In this document: positions 49,478 through 62,567 of the stretch, in pieces | How the letters are laid out: every line of letters begins with the position of its first letter | Numbering within the stretch: the stretch's first letter is position 1 | Source: Syntrophomonadaceae bacterium | GTDB taxonomy: Bacteria; Bacillota; Syntrophomonadia; Syntrophomonadales; Syntrophothermaceae | Length of the DNA: 64,000 nucleotides | Assembly (NCBI GenBank): GCA_012719535.1 | Contig: JAAYAC010000146.1 | Location: 10,337-74,336 of the forward strand | Direction: 5' to 3' | The notes under the pieces: generated by a model | Databases searched by the model: none | Told to the model about the DNA's origin: nothing | The model's input: the letters and a program-made list of their open reading frames with translations, nothing else | Position numbers and translations under genes: made by a program

Positions 49478-49553
49478 TCTAGCGTTTTCCTCCGTTCCGG
49501 GTCAGGCACGGCTCGCCTTCGCTGCGCTTGGCTCGTTGCCAGACCCGAGGTAG
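49478..49553. repeat. 76-bp direct repeat, copy 2 (rpsJ-rplC spacer)
   Basis: Perfect copy of 49383-49458, offset by 95 bp. The two copies are separated by 19 nt (CTTCTTTTTTTCTTTCGTC). Confidence 0.95.
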
Positions 49554-49568
49554 GTTAGTGGTTGTAGG

Positions 49569-49880
49569 TTAGAGCTTAATTTCTATGTCAACTCCGGACG
49601 GCAGGTCCAGGTGCATAAGCGCGTCGATAGTCTTGGGATTCGGCTCGAGTATGTCAATCAGGCGCTTGTGAGTTCGCATTTCAAACTGTTCCCGGGAGTC
49701 CTTGTTAACGTGCGGGGACCGTAACACCGTGAAGATGTTCTTCTCCGTGGGCAGCGGTATCGGCCCCGAAACCCTGGAGCCATTCTTCTTTACAGTCTCC
49801 ACAATTTTTTGCGCCGATTGGTCCAGCAGCTTGTGGTCAAAGGCTTTTAACCGGATCCGGACCTTTTGTTGGCCTCTCAC
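49569..49880 (-). CDS. rpsJ: 30S ribosomal protein S10
   Basis: 103 aa from the GTG at 49880 ((M)[28 protein letters not shown]...GVDIEIKL), with AAGGAGGG upstream. The 127-aa track ORF is a 5' extension. Confidence 0.93.
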   Translation of the reverse strand: MRGQQKVRIRLKAFDHKLLDQSAQKIVETVKKNGSRVSGPIPLPTEKNIFTVLRSPHVNKDSREQFEMRTHKRLIDILEPNPKTIDALMHLDLPSGVDIEIKL

Positions 49881-50074
49881 TTTCGTCTTTCCCTCCTTAA
49901 ATAAAGGATCCTGCTTCCACGCATCCGGGCGTATTGGCATCACAAACCACAACCAGCCCTCCGTGTGAAAAGGTTTGCGACCAGTTGGGTTAACTTCGCA
50001 GTCGGTCTACCTGTCTATGCATGAAGCAAGAGGCGGGAGGTGGATATCCCCTCCTCACCTCTCTCAGATGCGCG

Positions 50075-51277
50075 TTACTCCTCAATGCTGGTTACAACCC
50101 CGGCGCCTACAGTTCTTCCGCCTTCCCGGATAGCAAAACGCAATCCCTCTTCAATGGCAATGGGGGTAATAAGTTCAATACCCATTTGCACGTTGTCACC
50201 CGGCATTACCATTTCCACTCCCTCGGGAAGGGTGATTACTCCAGTAACGTCAGTGGTTCTGAAGTAGAATTGCGGCCGATACCCTTGGAAAAACGGGGTA
50301 TGCCGGCCTCCTTCTTCCTTGGTCAGGACGTAGACTTCGGCGTTGAACTTGGTGTGCGGTTTGATGGAACCGGGCTTGGCCAGAACCATACCCCGTTCGA
50401 CTTCCTTACGGTCTACCCCCCGCAAAAGGGTGCCGATATTGTCGCCGGCCTGGGCATAATCAAGCAATTTGCGGAACATTTCAACGCCGGTGACCACGGT
50501 TTTCCGGGGCTCATCCCTCAGACCAACGATCTGTACTTCGTCCCCAACCTTGACCGTGCCTCTTTCTACCCGCCCGGTCGTTACAGTACCTCTTCCGGTA
50601 ATGGTGAACACATCCTCAACCGGCATCAAGAAGGGCTTGTCGGTATCCCGTTCCGGCAGTGGAATGTAATCGTCTACAGCATCCATCAATTCCCATATGT
50701 GCGAGCACCACGGACACTCGCGGTTACCGCATCCACACTCCAGGGCTTTAAGGGCAGACCCTTTAATTACCGGAATATCATCGCCGGGAAATTCATATTC
50801 ATTTAGCAGGTCTCGAATTTCCATTTCTACCAGTTCCAGTAGTTCGTCGTCATCGACCATATCCACTTTGTTCATGAACACTACAATGTATGGAACGCCG
50901 ACCTGTCTGGCCAGAAGGATATGTTCTCTGGTCTGCGGCATAGGACCATCGGCTGCCGATACAACCAGAACGGCACCGTCCATCTGGGCGGCCCCGGTGA
51001 TCATGTTCTTTATATAGTCAGCATGCCCCGGGCAGTCTACGTGAGCATAGTGCCGGTTGCCAGTCTCGTATTCAACGTGGGCGGTGTTGATGGTGATACC
51101 TCTTTCTTTTTCTTCCGGTGCCTTGTCAATCTCATCGTAGCTGGTGGCTTTCGCCTGCCCGACTTTGGACAATACCAGGGTGATGGCCGCCGTCAAGGTA
51201 GTTTTACCGTGATCAACGTGCCCTATGGTACCAATATTGACGTGCGGTTTGGTCCTTTCAAACTTCGCTTTTGCCAT
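50075..51277 (-). CDS. tuf: elongation factor Tu
   Basis: 400 aa. Contains [18 protein letters not shown] and NKVD. Confidence 0.98.
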   Translation of the reverse strand: MAKAKFERTKPHVNIGTIGHVDHGKTTLTAAITLVLSKVGQAKATSYDEIDKAPEEKERGITINTAHVEYETGNRHYAHVDCPGHADYIKNMITGAAQMDGAVLVVSAADGPMPQTREHILLARQVGVPYIVVFMNKVDMVDDDELLELVEMEIRDLLNEYEFPGDDIPVIKGSALKALECGCGNRECPWCSHIWELMDAVDDYIPLPERDTDKPFLMPVEDVFTITGRGTVTTGRVERGTVKVGDEVQIVGLRDEPRKTVVTGVEMFRKLLDYAQAGDNIGTLLRGVDRKEVERGMVLAKPGSIKPHTKFNAEVYVLTKEEGGRHTPFFQGYRPQFYFRTTDVTGVITLPEGVEMVMPGDNVQMGIELITPIAIEEGLRFAIREGGRTVGAGVVTSIEE

Positions 51278-51324
51278 TAGTTTTCACCTTTCCTTTCCTT
51301 TTCTTGTTAAAGCCAAAGTAAAGA

Positions 51325-53409
51325 TTAAACAGGCAAGCCGTATCGCTTGGCAATTATCTCCTTGGATTTATACTCCGGGACTTCTTCGTAATGTGAGAAC
51401 TGCATCGTGAAAGTCCCCCGACCCTGGGTCAGGGATCTGAGAGCAGTTGCATATCCGAACATTTCGGCTAGAGGGACATACCCCCTTATAGTTCTTATTC
51501 CCCGATTTTCATCGAGGCCTGAAACTCTTCCTCTCCTGGCATTCAAATCGCCAATAGCTTCACCGGTAAACTCATCCGGAACTACTATCTCCAGGTCCAT
51601 AACCGGCTCCAGAAGGATGGGGCTCGCTTTGCCCAGTGCTTCCTTCAGGGCCATGGACGCCGCCACCTTGAAAGCTACCTCGGTGGAATCAACCTCATGG
51701 AACGAGCCTCCTGTCAGCTTCGCTTCCAGGTCCACCACCGGATACCCCGCCAGTATACCCGCTTCCATGGCTTCCCGAATCCCCGCCTCGATGGCCGGAA
51801 TGAACTCCTTGGGGATAACCCCTCCACTGGTAGCATCTACAAATCTGAATCCCTCACCCTGAGCCAGCGGGCTTACTTGCAGTATAACGTGCCCATACTG
51901 ACCACGGCCTCCGGATTGCCTGATAAAGCTGCCTTCTCCTTTACTCGTGCCCTTAACGGTTTCCTTGTAGGATACCTGGGTTCTTCCGACATTAGCATTT
52001 ACCTTAAATTCCCTTAACATGCGATCAACGATTATTTCCAGGTGTAGCTCTCCCATCCCAGAAATAACGGTCTGACCCGTTTCAGCATCGACAGTTGCCT
52101 TAAAGGTGGGGTCTTCCTCACTGAGACGCTGTAAGGCTTCACTTATCTTATCTTCGTCCGCCTTGGTCTTCGGTTCGATGGCTACTGAAATGACCGGCTC
52201 CGGAAAACTCATGGCCTCCAAAAGGATGGGAGCCTTTTCATCGGCCAATGTATCTCCCGTTACGGTTTCTTTCAGCCCCACCCCCGCTACAATGTCGCCG
52301 GCGAAGGCCTCATTAACCTCCTCCCGGTGGTTAGCGTGCATGCGTAGGATGCGGCCTAGCCTCTCTTTGCGCCCCTTTTTGACATTGTATACCAGGCTAC
52401 CAGTTTTAACTAGGCCAGAATAAACCCTGAAGTACGTCAACTTGCCCACATACGGATCCGCCGCAATCTTAAAACTAAGCGCGCTGAAAGGTGCCTGGAT
52501 GCTTGCCTCCCGGGTCATTTCCTCCCCGCTTTCCGGGTGTACCCCCTTAACCGGCGGAATGTCCAGCGGAGAAGGCAGGTAATCGATGATCGCATCCAGC
52601 AGGAACTGCACCCCCCGATTTCTGAAAGATGAACCGCACAAAACTGGAACCAGTTCATGGGCAAGGGTTTGCTCCCGTATGGCAGTTTTTATCAGCGCTT
52701 CAGGGATTTCCTCTCCTTCCAGGTATTTTTCCAGCAGTTCTTCATCGCGCTCGGCGAGGAATTCTATTAAATCATGCCTCCACCTCAGCGCCTCCTCGGT
52801 CTCCTGGGGCGTAAGCTCACGTTCCCGGATCTCCAGTCCTTTTTCATCCTGGTAGGTATATGCTTTCATGCGGAGCAGGTCAACGATCCCCTGGAAGCTG
52901 TCTTCGACGCCCACCGGAATTTGAACCGGCATGGCCTTTCCACTCAGGTTGCGGTTGATCATATCCACAACCCGGTAGAAATTCGCTCCCACCCTGTCCA
53001 TCTTGTTAACGTAGGCTATGCGGGGAATCTTATACCTGTCCGCCTGCCGCCAGACGGTCTCGGATTGTGGCTGAACTCCGGCAACCGCGCAAAATATAGC
53101 AATGGCCCCATCCAATACCCGCAATGAGCGCTCCACCTCAACTGTAAAGTCCACATGCCCGGGCGTGTCGATAATATTTATTCGACATCCTTTCCAGTAA
53201 CAGGTAGTAGCCGCCGAGGTTATGGTAATCCCTCTTTCCTGCTCCTGGGCCATCCAGTCCATGGTGGCTGTGCCCTTATCCACTTCCCCCATGCGGTGTA
53301 CCCGGCCGGTGTAAAAGAGAATCCTCTCGGTAGTGGTTGTCTTCCCGGCATCAATATGGGCCATTATCCCAATATTTCGCGTTTTTTGTAAGTCCAGCAA
53401 CTCGGTCAT
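51325..53409 (-). CDS. fusA: elongation factor G
   Basis: 694 aa from the ATG at 53409 ([28 protein letters not shown]), with GGGGG 8 nt upstream. Confidence 0.97.
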   Translation of the reverse strand: MTELLDLQKTRNIGIMAHIDAGKTTTTERILFYTGRVHRMGEVDKGTATMDWMAQEQERGITITSAATTCYWKGCRINIIDTPGHVDFTVEVERSLRVLDGAIAIFCAVAGVQPQSETVWRQADRYKIPRIAYVNKMDRVGANFYRVVDMINRNLSGKAMPVQIPVGVEDSFQGIVDLLRMKAYTYQDEKGLEIRERELTPQETEEALRWRHDLIEFLAERDEELLEKYLEGEEIPEALIKTAIREQTLAHELVPVLCGSSFRNRGVQFLLDAIIDYLPSPLDIPPVKGVHPESGEEMTREASIQAPFSALSFKIAADPYVGKLTYFRVYSGLVKTGSLVYNVKKGRKERLGRILRMHANHREEVNEAFAGDIVAGVGLKETVTGDTLADEKAPILLEAMSFPEPVISVAIEPKTKADEDKISEALQRLSEEDPTFKATVDAETGQTVISGMGELHLEIIVDRMLREFKVNANVGRTQVSYKETVKGTSKGEGSFIRQSGGRGQYGHVILQVSPLAQGEGFRFVDATSGGVIPKEFIPAIEAGIREAMEAGILAGYPVVDLEAKLTGGSFHEVDSTEVAFKVAASMALKEALGKASPILLEPVMDLEIVVPDEFTGEAIGDLNARRGRVSGLDENRGIRTIRGYVPLAEMFGYATALRSLTQGRGTFTMQFSHYEEVPEYKSKEIIAKRYGLPV

Positions 53410-53439
53410 CACATTAACCCCCAGCGACAAGGGCCAGCT

Positions 53440-54305
<866 letters not shown>

Positions 54306-54326
54306 CAACACACCTCCTTCCTGGGG

Positions 54327-54575
54327 TTAATCGTTAAGCAAAGCAGCGGATGCCGACCCGACCTCTATTCCGCAAGCCCTACCGAGCTTTCGCATAGAAT
54401 CCACCATCTCCACCTCCACGCCCCGGCTCTCGCAAAGCTTGAGAAGTGGAACGGTAACCCGCTGGTCAGCATCCCCGGCTATATACACCTTTCTGGCCAT
54501 ACCTTTTGCCACCGCCTTGCTAACCTGCTTGGTGCCCATCACCTTCCTGGCTCCCTTCAGGTCTTCCAGGGACAT
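54327..54575 (-). CDS. L7Ae-family K-turn-binding protein (YbxF-like)
   Basis: 82 aa. It sits between rpoC and rpsL, as ybxF does in Bacillus. Contains GTKQVSKAVAKGMARKVYIAGDAD. Confidence 0.8.
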   Translation of the reverse strand: MSLEDLKGARKVMGTKQVSKAVAKGMARKVYIAGDADQRVTVPLLKLCESRGVEVEMVDSMRKLGRACGIEVGSASAALLND

Positions 54576-54669
54576 GCCGTCAACCCCCCCATCCTTGAAT
54601 AACCGAACGGCGGCAAAATCTGGTCATACTTCGCGCACTTAAATATTTTAGCACCTGTCAGGGTGGCAG

Positions 54670-57600
54670 TCAATCGTCAGCAAGGGTTTCCTCCCCTGGT
54701 TCAACAACAATGCTGCGGTATTTGGAATAACCGGTTCCAGCCGGAATCAGCTTTCCGATAATGACATTCTCCTTAAGGCCGATAAGGCCATCCACCTTGC
54801 CTTTGATGGCCGCTTCGGTCAGCACCTTGGTGGTTTCCTGGAAGGAAGCCGCCGACAGGAAGGAATCGGTGTTAAGGGAAGCTTTGGTTATCCCCAGCAG
54901 CATCGGCTTGGCAACCGCCGGCAGGCCGCGCTTGCTTTCAAATATCCGCCGGTTTTCCTCCTCAAAATCGGCCACGTCAACGTAGGAACCGGGTAGAAGC
55001 CTGGTGTCGCCCGCTTCGTCGACTCTCACCTTCTTCAGCATCTGGCGGATCATTATCTCAATATGCTTATCGCTTATATCTACGCCTTGCATGCGGTAAA
55101 CTTTTTGCACCTCATGCAGAAGGTACGACTGGACCGCCCGCACTCCCTTGGTTTTCAAGATATCGTGGGGATTCAGCGGCCCTTCGGTCAATTCATCCCC
55201 CGGCTCCACCACGTCACCCTCCTGCACTTTCAGGCGGGAACCATAGTGAGCCTGATAGGTGGCCACTACCTCGCCTTCCGCGTTGATTATCTGAACCTCC
55301 CTTCTGCCCTTATTATCTACCAGTCGGACGGTGCCTGATACTTCGGTAACCACAGCCTGTCCTTTAGGTTTCCTCGCTTCAAACAACTCCTCTACCCGGG
55401 GCAGACCTCTGGTGATGTCGTCGCCTGCCACGCCGCCGGTATGAAAGGTACGCATGGTAAGCTGGGTCCCCGGTTCACCAATGGATTGGGCCGCCAGGAT
55501 ACCTACCGCCTCACCGATATCAACCGCGTATCCGGTCGCCAGGTTACGCCCGTAACACTTCTGGCACACTCCATGCCGGGTCTTACACGTAAGGGCTGAC
55601 CTTATCCTCACCGCAGTAATACCGGCCTTAATGATGCTTTCCGCGGCATCCTCGTCTATTTCCTGGTTCTCCGCCACCAGGACTTCCCCGGTTTCAGGGT
55701 GAAGGATGGTATCCAGAGCTACACGGCCGGTGATCCTTTCGTCTAGCCTTTCTATAACCTCCGATCCTTCGGTGATCTCGCTCACCAGAATCCCTTCGTG
55801 GGTACCACAATCTGCCTCGCGGATAATTACATCCTGAGAGACATCTACCAGTCTCCGGGTCAGGTATCCGGAGTCCGCCGTGCGCAGGGCGGTGTCAGCC
55901 AGCCCCTTGCGGGCCCCGTGGGTGGAGGTGAAGTACTCCAGGACGGTCAGCCCCTCGCGGAAATTGGCCTTAATCGGCAGGTCGATGATCTTACCCGATG
56001 GGTCAGCCATTAAACCCCGCATCCCCGCCAGCTGCCTTATCTGCTGGAAGTTACCCCGCGCCCCGGAGGTGGCCATCATATAGACCGGGTTGTCTTCGGC
56101 CAGGTGCTGTCGCAGGGCCTCGGTCACTTTTTCGGTAGCCTCATTCCACACGTCAACCACCAGAGCATGCCGCTCCTCTTCCGTAATGAGCCCGGCCTGG
56201 TAGTTTTCTTCTATTTCATCGATACGCTTATCGGCTTCGCTGAGGATTTCCGCTTTGGCCTCGGGGGTCTGGAAGTCGGTTACCCCCACCGTTATACCGG
56301 CCCGAGTAGCAAACCTGTAGCCCAATCTTTTCAGCCCGTCCAGCATTCGGGCCGTAGCATCGTTACCCAGTTTACGGTAACAACGGTACACCAGTTCCCC
56401 GATTTCTTTCTTCCCCATCACCTGATTGAAATAGCCGAGCTCTTCGGGGATAACCTCGTTGAAGATGATACGGCCTACAGTGGTTTCCAGCTTTTCTCCG
56501 CGCCTGCGCACCCTGATATTGGCATGCAGGTGGATATCCCCCACCTCGTAGGCCATCCGTGCCTCCTCAGGCGAGCTAAACTGCCGACCCTCACCTTTTA
56601 CCCCCTTTTTGCTCAGGGTAAGATAGTAGCATCCTATCACCACGTCCTGAGTAGGTGTAACTACAGGCCTTCCGTCTTTCGGGTTCAAGATATTACCGCT
56701 TGATAGCATGAGCAACCTGGCTTCTGCCTGGGCTTCGGCAGACAACGGGACGTGAACCGCCATCTGGTCCCCGTCAAAGTCGGCGTTGTAAGCCGTACAC
56801 ACCAGAGGGTGGATCTGCAGAGCACGCCCTTCAACCAGGACCGGTTCGAAAGCCTGAATGCCCAGACGATGCAAGGTAGGTGCCCGGTTCAACAGTACCG
56901 GGTGCTCCTTGATAACATCGTCCAGGATATCCCATACTTCGTCCTTGCCTCTTTCCACCATTTTCTTGGCACTCTTGATATTCGAGGCTATGCCTTTATC
57001 TACCAGCTTCTTCATAACAAACGGCTTGAATAACTCCAGAGCCATCTCTTTGGGCAGGCCGCATTCATGCATCTTCAAGTTGGGCCCCACCACAATGACC
57101 GAACGCCCTGAATAGTCTACCCGCTTGCCCAGCAGGTTTTGCCGGAATCTACCCTGTTTTCCTTTCAGCATGTCACTGAGGGATTTCAGCGGGCGATTGC
57201 CCGGACCGGTAACCGCCCGGCCCCTTCGCCCGTTGTCAATCAAAGCATCGACTGCTTCCTGTAACATTCGCTTTTCATTGCGCACTATTATATCAGGTGC
57301 CCCCAGATCCAAAAGCCTTTTCAACCGGTTATTGCGGTTAATAACCCTCCGGTACAAGTCGTTAAGGTCGGAGGTGGCAAACCTTCCCCCATCCAGCTGC
57401 ACCATGGGACGCAGTTCTGGGGGAATGACCGGCAGTACCTCCATGATCATCCATTCGGGACGGTTTCCGGACAGCCGGAAGGCTTCAACCACCTCCAGGC
57501 GCTTGATCGCCCGGGTCCTTCTCTGCCCGGTGGTGGTGTTAATCTCCTCTTTCAGCTCTCGTGACAGCTGTTCGAGATCTATCCCCTGCAACAGTTCTTT

Positions 57601-58125
57601 GACCGCTTCCGCACCTATACCTACCCTGAACTTGTTCTCATATTTGTCTTTAAGCTCCCGGTACTCACGCTCGTTTAACAGTTGTTTACGCAACAGCGGG
57701 GTATCCCCGGGATCCAGAACAATATAATTGACAAAGTAGATAACCTTTTCCAGGACCTTGGGCGACATATCCAGCAAGAGCCCCATCCGGCTGGGAATAC
57801 CTTTGAGGTACCATATGTGTGAAACCGGGGCGGCCAGTTCGATATGCCCCAGCCTTTCCCGCCTGACCTTGGAAGTGGTAACCTCAACCCCGCACCGGTC
57901 ACAGACAATACCCTTATGCCTGACCCGCTTGTACTTGCCGCAGTGGCATTCCCAGTCTTTTACCGGGCCGAATATCTTCTCACAGAACAACCCCTCTTTT
58001 TCCGGTCTGAGGGTACGGTAGTTGATAGTCTCCGGTTTCTTTACCTCACCACTGCTCCAGGAGCGAATCTTTTCCGGGGAAGCCAACGATATCTTGATAC
58101 GTTCAAAATTGTTGACATCCAACAA
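54670..58125 (-). CDS. rpoC: DNA-directed RNA polymerase subunit beta'
   Basis: 1151 aa. TTG start ([24 protein letters not shown]). Zinc motif is [23 protein letters not shown] and the catalytic motif is NADFDGD. Confidence 0.98.
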   Translation of the reverse strand: MLDVNNFERIKISLASPEKIRSWSSGEVKKPETINYRTLRPEKEGLFCEKIFGPVKDWECHCGKYKRVRHKGIVCDRCGVEVTTSKVRRERLGHIELAAPVSHIWYLKGIPSRMGLLLDMSPKVLEKVIYFVNYIVLDPGDTPLLRKQLLNEREYRELKDKYENKFRVGIGAEAVKELLQGIDLEQLSRELKEEINTTTGQRRTRAIKRLEVVEAFRLSGNRPEWMIMEVLPVIPPELRPMVQLDGGRFATSDLNDLYRRVINRNNRLKRLLDLGAPDIIVRNEKRMLQEAVDALIDNGRRGRAVTGPGNRPLKSLSDMLKGKQGRFRQNLLGKRVDYSGRSVIVVGPNLKMHECGLPKEMALELFKPFVMKKLVDKGIASNIKSAKKMVERGKDEVWDILDDVIKEHPVLLNRAPTLHRLGIQAFEPVLVEGRALQIHPLVCTAYNADFDGDQMAVHVPLSAEAQAEARLLMLSSGNILNPKDGRPVVTPTQDVVIGCYYLTLSKKGVKGEGRQFSSPEEARMAYEVGDIHLHANIRVRRRGEKLETTVGRIIFNEVIPEELGYFNQVMGKKEIGELVYRCYRKLGNDATARMLDGLKRLGYRFATRAGITVGVTDFQTPEAKAEILSEADKRIDEIEENYQAGLITEEERHALVVDVWNEATEKVTEALRQHLAEDNPVYMMATSGARGNFQQIRQLAGMRGLMADPSGKIIDLPIKANFREGLTVLEYFTSTHGARKGLADTALRTADSGYLTRRLVDVSQDVIIREADCGTHEGILVSEITEGSEVIERLDERITGRVALDTILHPETGEVLVAENQEIDEDAAESIIKAGITAVRIRSALTCKTRHGVCQKCYGRNLATGYAVDIGEAVGILAAQSIGEPGTQLTMRTFHTGGVAGDDITRGLPRVEELFEARKPKGQAVVTEVSGTVRLVDNKGRREVQIINAEGEVVATYQAHYGSRLKVQEGDVVEPGDELTEGPLNPHDILKTKGVRAVQSYLLHEVQKVYRMQGVDISDKHIEIMIRQMLKKVRVDEAGDTRLLPGSYVDVADFEEENRRIFESKRGLPAVAKPMLLGITKASLNTDSFLSAASFQETTKVLTEAAIKGKVDGLIGLKENVIIGKLIPAGTGYSKYRSIVVEPGEETLADD

Positions 58126-58183
58126 GTCATGTCTCTCCCTTCTCCAGAAGATACAGGGGCATCAACCCTATTGCCCTGGCCCT

Positions 58184-61100
58184 TTAGTCAATATCCATAT
58201 CATCTTCGCCGTCCGTCAAATCGTCAAAGTATTCGCCGTCGTCATGGTAGGCCTTGTCATCTTCCTCATCGTCGTCAAAACCCGTTCTTGGCGGAGATAC
58301 CCTTTGCGTCCCCGGCAGCGCGGAGAGATCTATCCCCAACTCCCGGGCTTTTTCCTCATCGCTGAGGTTAGCGTCCGCCTCCTGGATCTCGATTTCCTGT
58401 TCGTCCTCGGAAAGTATCCTTACATCCAGGCACAAGCTTTGGAGTTCCTTGATAAGAACCTTGAAAGATTCAGGAACTCCCGGCTCAGGAATGTTTTCTC
58501 CCTTGACAATGGCTTCATAGGTCTTAAGCCTGCCCACCACATCGTCGGATTTTACCGTGAGTATCTCCTGCAGGGTATAGGATGCCCCGTAGGCCTCCAG
58601 TGCCCACACCTCCATCTCTCCAAAACGCTGTCCCCCGAACTGGGCCTTTCCTCCCAGCGGCTGTTGGGTAACCAGCGAGTACGGTCCTATGGAGCGGGCA
58701 TGTATCTTATCATCTACCAGGTGGGCAAGTTTCATCATATATACATAGCCCACTGCCACAGTATTGTCAAACGGCTCCCCGGTTCTACCATCATAAAGCT
58801 GAATCTTACCGTCGGGCGGGAACCCGGCTTTCACAAAATTCTTGAAGATAATCTCCTCGGTGGCACCGTCAAAAACCGGGCTCGCCACGTTGAAACCCAA
58901 GCTCTTGGCAACCAGTCCCAGGTGACATTCCATAACCTGGCCGATGTTCATCCGTGAGGGAACACCTAGCGGGTTCAGGACAATCTCTACCGGCGTGCCA
59001 TCCGGAAGATAAGGCATGTCTTCAACAGGAAGTATCCGGGAGATAACCCCTTTGTTGCCATGTCGGCCCGCCATCTTGTCTCCTTCAGAAATCTTACGTT
59101 TCTGGGCCACGTAAACCCTGACCAGCTGGTTAACCCCGGGCGGTAGTTCGTCCCCGTTTTCGCGGGAGAATACCTTCACATCCACTATTTTACCGGATTC
59201 CCCGTGAGGCACCCTGAGGGAGGAATCCCGAACCTCACGGGCCTTTTCCCCAAAAATGGCCCTTAGCAACCTTTCTTCCGGGGTGAGCTCCGTTTCCCCT
59301 TTGGGAGTTACCTTGCCGACCAGAATGTCATCGGCCCTTACCTCGGCACCAATACGGATAATACCCCGGTCGTCCAGGTTTCTTAACATATCCTCGGAAA
59401 CGTTGGGGATATCGCGGGTTATTTCTTCCGGCCCCAGCTTGGTATCACGCGCCTCGCATTCGTATTCTTCTATATGAATGGAGGTAAAGGTATCCTCCAT
59501 CACCAGCTTCTCGGAAATCAGTATAGCATCCTCGAAATTGTAGCCTTCCCAGGGCATGAAAGCTACCATCACATTGCGCCCCAGAGCCAGTTCTCCCTGG
59601 TCCACCGCCGGCCCATCAGCAATGATTTCGTCGGCCTCAACCTCCTGGCCGGCCTTGACGATAGGCTTCTGGTTAATACAGGTTCCGTGATTCGAGCGAA
59701 CGAATTTCAGCAACGGATACTTATCCACTTTACCGTCCTCGGTTCGTATCTCAATACTGGTAGCTGAGACTTTGGTAACCTTGCCCGCCCTTTTCGCCAC
59801 CACGACTGCGCCTGAATCCTTGGCCGCCTTGTATTCCAGGCCTGTGCCCACTATCGGAGCTTCGGACTTGATAAGCGGCACTGCCTGTCTCTGCATGTTG
59901 GCGCCCATCAAAGCCCGGTTGGCATCATCGTGCTCCAGGAAAGGTATCAGGGAAGTGGCCACGCTGAACACCTGTTTGGGGGATACGTCCATGTAGTCCA
60001 CTCGCTCAACCGGAACTTCAAGTATTTCCGAACCGAAACGTGCGATCACCTTGTCGGCCATGAAATTACCCTCATCATCAATGGGCGAGTTAGCCTGGGC
60101 TATAATGTACTCTTCCTCTTCGTCCGCCGACAGGTATTCGATTTCACTGGTGACCCGCCGGTTGACTTTGTCCACCTTGCGGTAGGGAGTCTCGACAAAA
60201 CCAAAGCGATTCACCCTAGCATAGGTAGAAAGAGAACCGATCAAACCTATATTGGGACCTTCTGGGGTTTCTATAGGACAGATCCGGCCATAGTGCGAGT
60301 GGTGAACATCGCGAACCTGAAAACCGGCCCGCTCCCGGGTAAGACCACCCGGTCCCAGGGCACTCAACCTGCGCTTATGAGTCAACTCGGCCAAAGGGTT
60401 GGTCTGGTCCATGAACTGGGATAGCTGCGAACTGCCAAAGAATTCCTTAACCACCGCGGTTATCGGCCTGATATTAATTAGCACCTGAGGTGTTAAAGAC
60501 TCCACATCGTGAATGGACATCCGCTCTTTAACCACCCGCTCCATGCGCACCAGGCCGGTTCTAAACTGATTCTGCAGGAGTTCTCCCACCGAGCGCAGGC
60601 GCCGGTTCCCCAGGTGGTCAATGATGTCGGTCTTGCCTTCTCCCCGCACCAGCCCCAGGAGGTAGCCTATAGTGGCAATAATGTCCCGGGGCTCCAAATG
60701 CCTGACATCATCTGGCGTATCCAGACCCAGTTTTTTGTTTAACTTGTACCTGCCAACAGCCGCCAGGTCGTAACGGCGCGGATCAAAGAAAAGGTTATTC
60801 AACAGTTGTTCGGCTCCATCCACCGTGGCCAGCTCACCCGGACGTAAGCGTCGGTAGAATTCGATAAGCGCTTCTTCCCGGTTGGTGGTGGTGTCCTTTT
60901 CCAGGGTTCTGGCTATAGTCTCATCACCATCGTATAGAGCCAGGATATCGTCATTGCTGGAGTATTTAAGGGCCCGCAAGAGTACCGTAACCGGGATCTT
61001 TCTGGTCTTGTCGATCCGCGTATAAACCGCCCCGGAGCTGTCCATCTCCAGCTCAAACCAGGCGCCGCGGTTGGGGATGATAGTGGCTCCGTATAAAACT

Positions 61101-61558
61101 TTCCCGGTCAGGTCAATCCGATCACTAAAATACACCCCGGGAGACTTGACAAGCTGGCTTACCACAACCCTCTCCGCCCCATTAATAATAAAGGTTCCCT
61201 TGTCGGTCATTATGGGCAGGTCCCCCATATATACTTCTGATTCCCGGATCTCCCCATTCTCCTTGTCCGTCAAACGTACCCGTAGTTTGAGCGGGGCCTG
61301 GTAGCTGACATCCCTTTCCTTGCACTCCTGCACCGAGTACTTAGGCTCTCCCAGCACATAATCGATGAAGTCAAGTTCCAGATTCCCGGTAAAATCCTCG
61401 ATCGGGAATACTTCATTCAAGGCTTCACGCAGTCCTGTTTCCAAGAACCACTGGTACGAGTTCTTTTGCACCTCGATCAGGTCAGGGAGTTCCATTACCT
61501 CCTGGATGCGCGAGTAACTGACCCTTTCACGCCGACCACACTTAATGACGCGTTCCAT
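58184..61558 (-). CDS. rpoB: DNA-directed RNA polymerase subunit beta
   Basis: 1124 aa. The Rif-region sequence is [34 protein letters not shown]. The C-terminus has an acidic tail. Confidence 0.98.
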   Translation of the reverse strand: MERVIKCGRRERVSYSRIQEVMELPDLIEVQKNSYQWFLETGLREALNEVFPIEDFTGNLELDFIDYVLGEPKYSVQECKERDVSYQAPLKLRVRLTDKENGEIRESEVYMGDLPIMTDKGTFIINGAERVVVSQLVKSPGVYFSDRIDLTGKVLYGATIIPNRGAWFELEMDSSGAVYTRIDKTRKIPVTVLLRALKYSSNDDILALYDGDETIARTLEKDTTTNREEALIEFYRRLRPGELATVDGAEQLLNNLFFDPRRYDLAAVGRYKLNKKLGLDTPDDVRHLEPRDIIATIGYLLGLVRGEGKTDIIDHLGNRRLRSVGELLQNQFRTGLVRMERVVKERMSIHDVESLTPQVLINIRPITAVVKEFFGSSQLSQFMDQTNPLAELTHKRRLSALGPGGLTRERAGFQVRDVHHSHYGRICPIETPEGPNIGLIGSLSTYARVNRFGFVETPYRKVDKVNRRVTSEIEYLSADEEEEYIIAQANSPIDDEGNFMADKVIARFGSEILEVPVERVDYMDVSPKQVFSVATSLIPFLEHDDANRALMGANMQRQAVPLIKSEAPIVGTGLEYKAAKDSGAVVVAKRAGKVTKVSATSIEIRTEDGKVDKYPLLKFVRSNHGTCINQKPIVKAGQEVEADEIIADGPAVDQGELALGRNVMVAFMPWEGYNFEDAILISEKLVMEDTFTSIHIEEYECEARDTKLGPEEITRDIPNVSEDMLRNLDDRGIIRIGAEVRADDILVGKVTPKGETELTPEERLLRAIFGEKAREVRDSSLRVPHGESGKIVDVKVFSRENGDELPPGVNQLVRVYVAQKRKISEGDKMAGRHGNKGVISRILPVEDMPYLPDGTPVEIVLNPLGVPSRMNIGQVMECHLGLVAKSLGFNVASPVFDGATEEIIFKNFVKAGFPPDGKIQLYDGRTGEPFDNTVAVGYVYMMKLAHLVDDKIHARSIGPYSLVTQQPLGGKAQFGGQRFGEMEVWALEAYGASYTLQEILTVKSDDVVGRLKTYEAIVKGENIPEPGVPESFKVLIKELQSLCLDVRILSEDEQEIEIQEADANLSDEEKARELGIDLSALPGTQRVSPPRTGFDDDEEDDKAYHDDGEYFDDLTDGEDDMDID

Positions 61559-61714
61559 TAATGGACTTCACCCCTTGTAACGTATTCCATAAAGAGTGAA
61601 AAGCAAGGCCTGTATAGTAACCTCGCTTCTTGCAATCGCTGGGATGTTTTAGCTACCATTATATGTACGTACATACGGCGTAACGCCCGTAACGTCTGCG
61701 AATGGCAATTATTA

Positions 61715-61743
61715 ATGTTAGCACAAGTTCCAGGGCAAGTCAA
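61715..61743 (-). promoter_or_regulatory. candidate sigma-A promoter upstream of rpoB
   Basis: TTGACT (61738-61743), a 17-nt spacer ending in TGC, then TAACAT (61715-61720) on the minus strand, about 155 nt upstream of the rpoB ATG. Confidence 0.4.
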
Positions 61744-61818
61744 CATGTTTTACATGTTTTATAGGTTCTTGGTAATTCGCTATCCCTGGTCTTCTCCGCA
61801 GTCAGGGTTCGGTCCACG

Positions 61819-62037
61819 CTAGTCCTGGTTTTCCCCGTCTTCATACGGCAGCTCCTCGATGAGAGCCTCGGCCCGCTTGACCTTCCTTTGCAGAAACAGG
61901 CCGGTAAACACCACCGCCCCGGCCAGGCAAACTGCTATGACCGTCAGGTAGTGCCGGGCCATGAAGTCGGAGAGCACCGGCAACCACTTCAACAGTGCTT
62001 TTTTCAGTGCCTGCAAGCAGCCCACCCCTTTGTTCAA
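61819..62037 (-). CDS. small single-TM hypothetical protein (72 aa)
   Basis: TTG start with GGAG 8 nt upstream. The product has a central TM helix (YLTVIAVCLAGAVVFTGLFL) and an acidic C-terminus (EELPYEDGENQD). No family recognised. Confidence 0.45.
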   Translation of the reverse strand: MNKGVGCLQALKKALLKWLPVLSDFMARHYLTVIAVCLAGAVVFTGLFLQRKVKRAEALIEELPYEDGENQD

Positions 62038-62085
62038 AACACAAGCTCCAAACCTAAAAAAAGAACACCCGGCATGCCATTATCA

Positions 62086-62115
62086 GTTGGCAGCCGTCGT
62101 AGTACGGCTGCCAAC
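62086..62115 (-). promoter_or_regulatory. 12-bp-stem hairpin between rplL and rpoB (possible attenuator or processing site)
   Basis: GTTGGCAGCCGT-loop(6 nt)-ACGGCTGCCAAC. On the minus strand it is followed 20 nt later by GTTCTTTTTTT. Confidence 0.45.
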
Positions 62116-62186
62116 TTTTCCTAGTATTTTCCTGGTGTTCTTCTGCTATACTATTGAGTTTAGATTTAGTTCGGCCAATATTCAAG

Positions 62187-62567
62187 CTATTTGATTTCGA
62201 CAGAACCCCCGGCTTCTTCGATCTTGGCCTTGATCGCTTCTGCTTCTTCCTTGGATACTTTTTCCTTAACCGGATTGGGGGCCTCGTCAACCAGGGCCTT
62301 GGATTCTTTCAGTCCCAGCCCGGTTATCTCCCGAATGACCTTGATAACGTTTACTTTCTTATCGCCAGCACCGGTAAGTATAACATCGAATTCAGTTTGC
62401 TCTTCTACCGCCTCAGCGGGAGCCGCCGCCGCCGCGGGACCAGCCATCATGGCTACCGGAGCAGCCGCACTGACACCGAATTCCTCTTCCAGAGCTTTTA
62501 CCAGTTCGGACAGTTCCAGAACCGTCATATTCTTAACCGCCTCAAGCACTTCCTGCACTTTACTCAT
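62187..62567 (-). CDS. rplL: 50S ribosomal protein L7/L12
   Basis: 126 aa from the ATG at 62567 ([37 protein letters not shown]), with AAGGAGG upstream. The 189-aa track ORF is a 5' extension. Confidence 0.96.
   Translation of the reverse strand: MSKVQEVLEAVKNMTVLELSELVKALEEEFGVSAAAPVAMMAGPAAAAAPAEAVEEQTEFDVILTGAGDKKVNVIKVIREITGLGLKESKALVDEAPNPVKEKVSKEEAEAIKAKIEEAGGSVEIK

Noticed and set aside
58184-58330. Acidic C-terminal tail of RpoB ([30 protein letters not shown]).
   Set aside because: Low-complexity acidic tails on beta subunits vary between lineages. I see nothing in the sequence that points to a separate function.
58022-58957. Long plus-strand ORFs opposite strongly supported minus-strand genes. 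Examples are 58022-58957 opposite rpoB, 26707-27699, 16383-17387, 43981-44760, 40957-41715 and 38701-39375.
   Set aside because: Their translations are low-complexity (rich in Ser, Pro, Arg and Leu) and have no motifs or ribosome-binding sites. They lie antisense to genes with unmistakable products. They are frame shadows typical of moderately GC-rich coding DNA.
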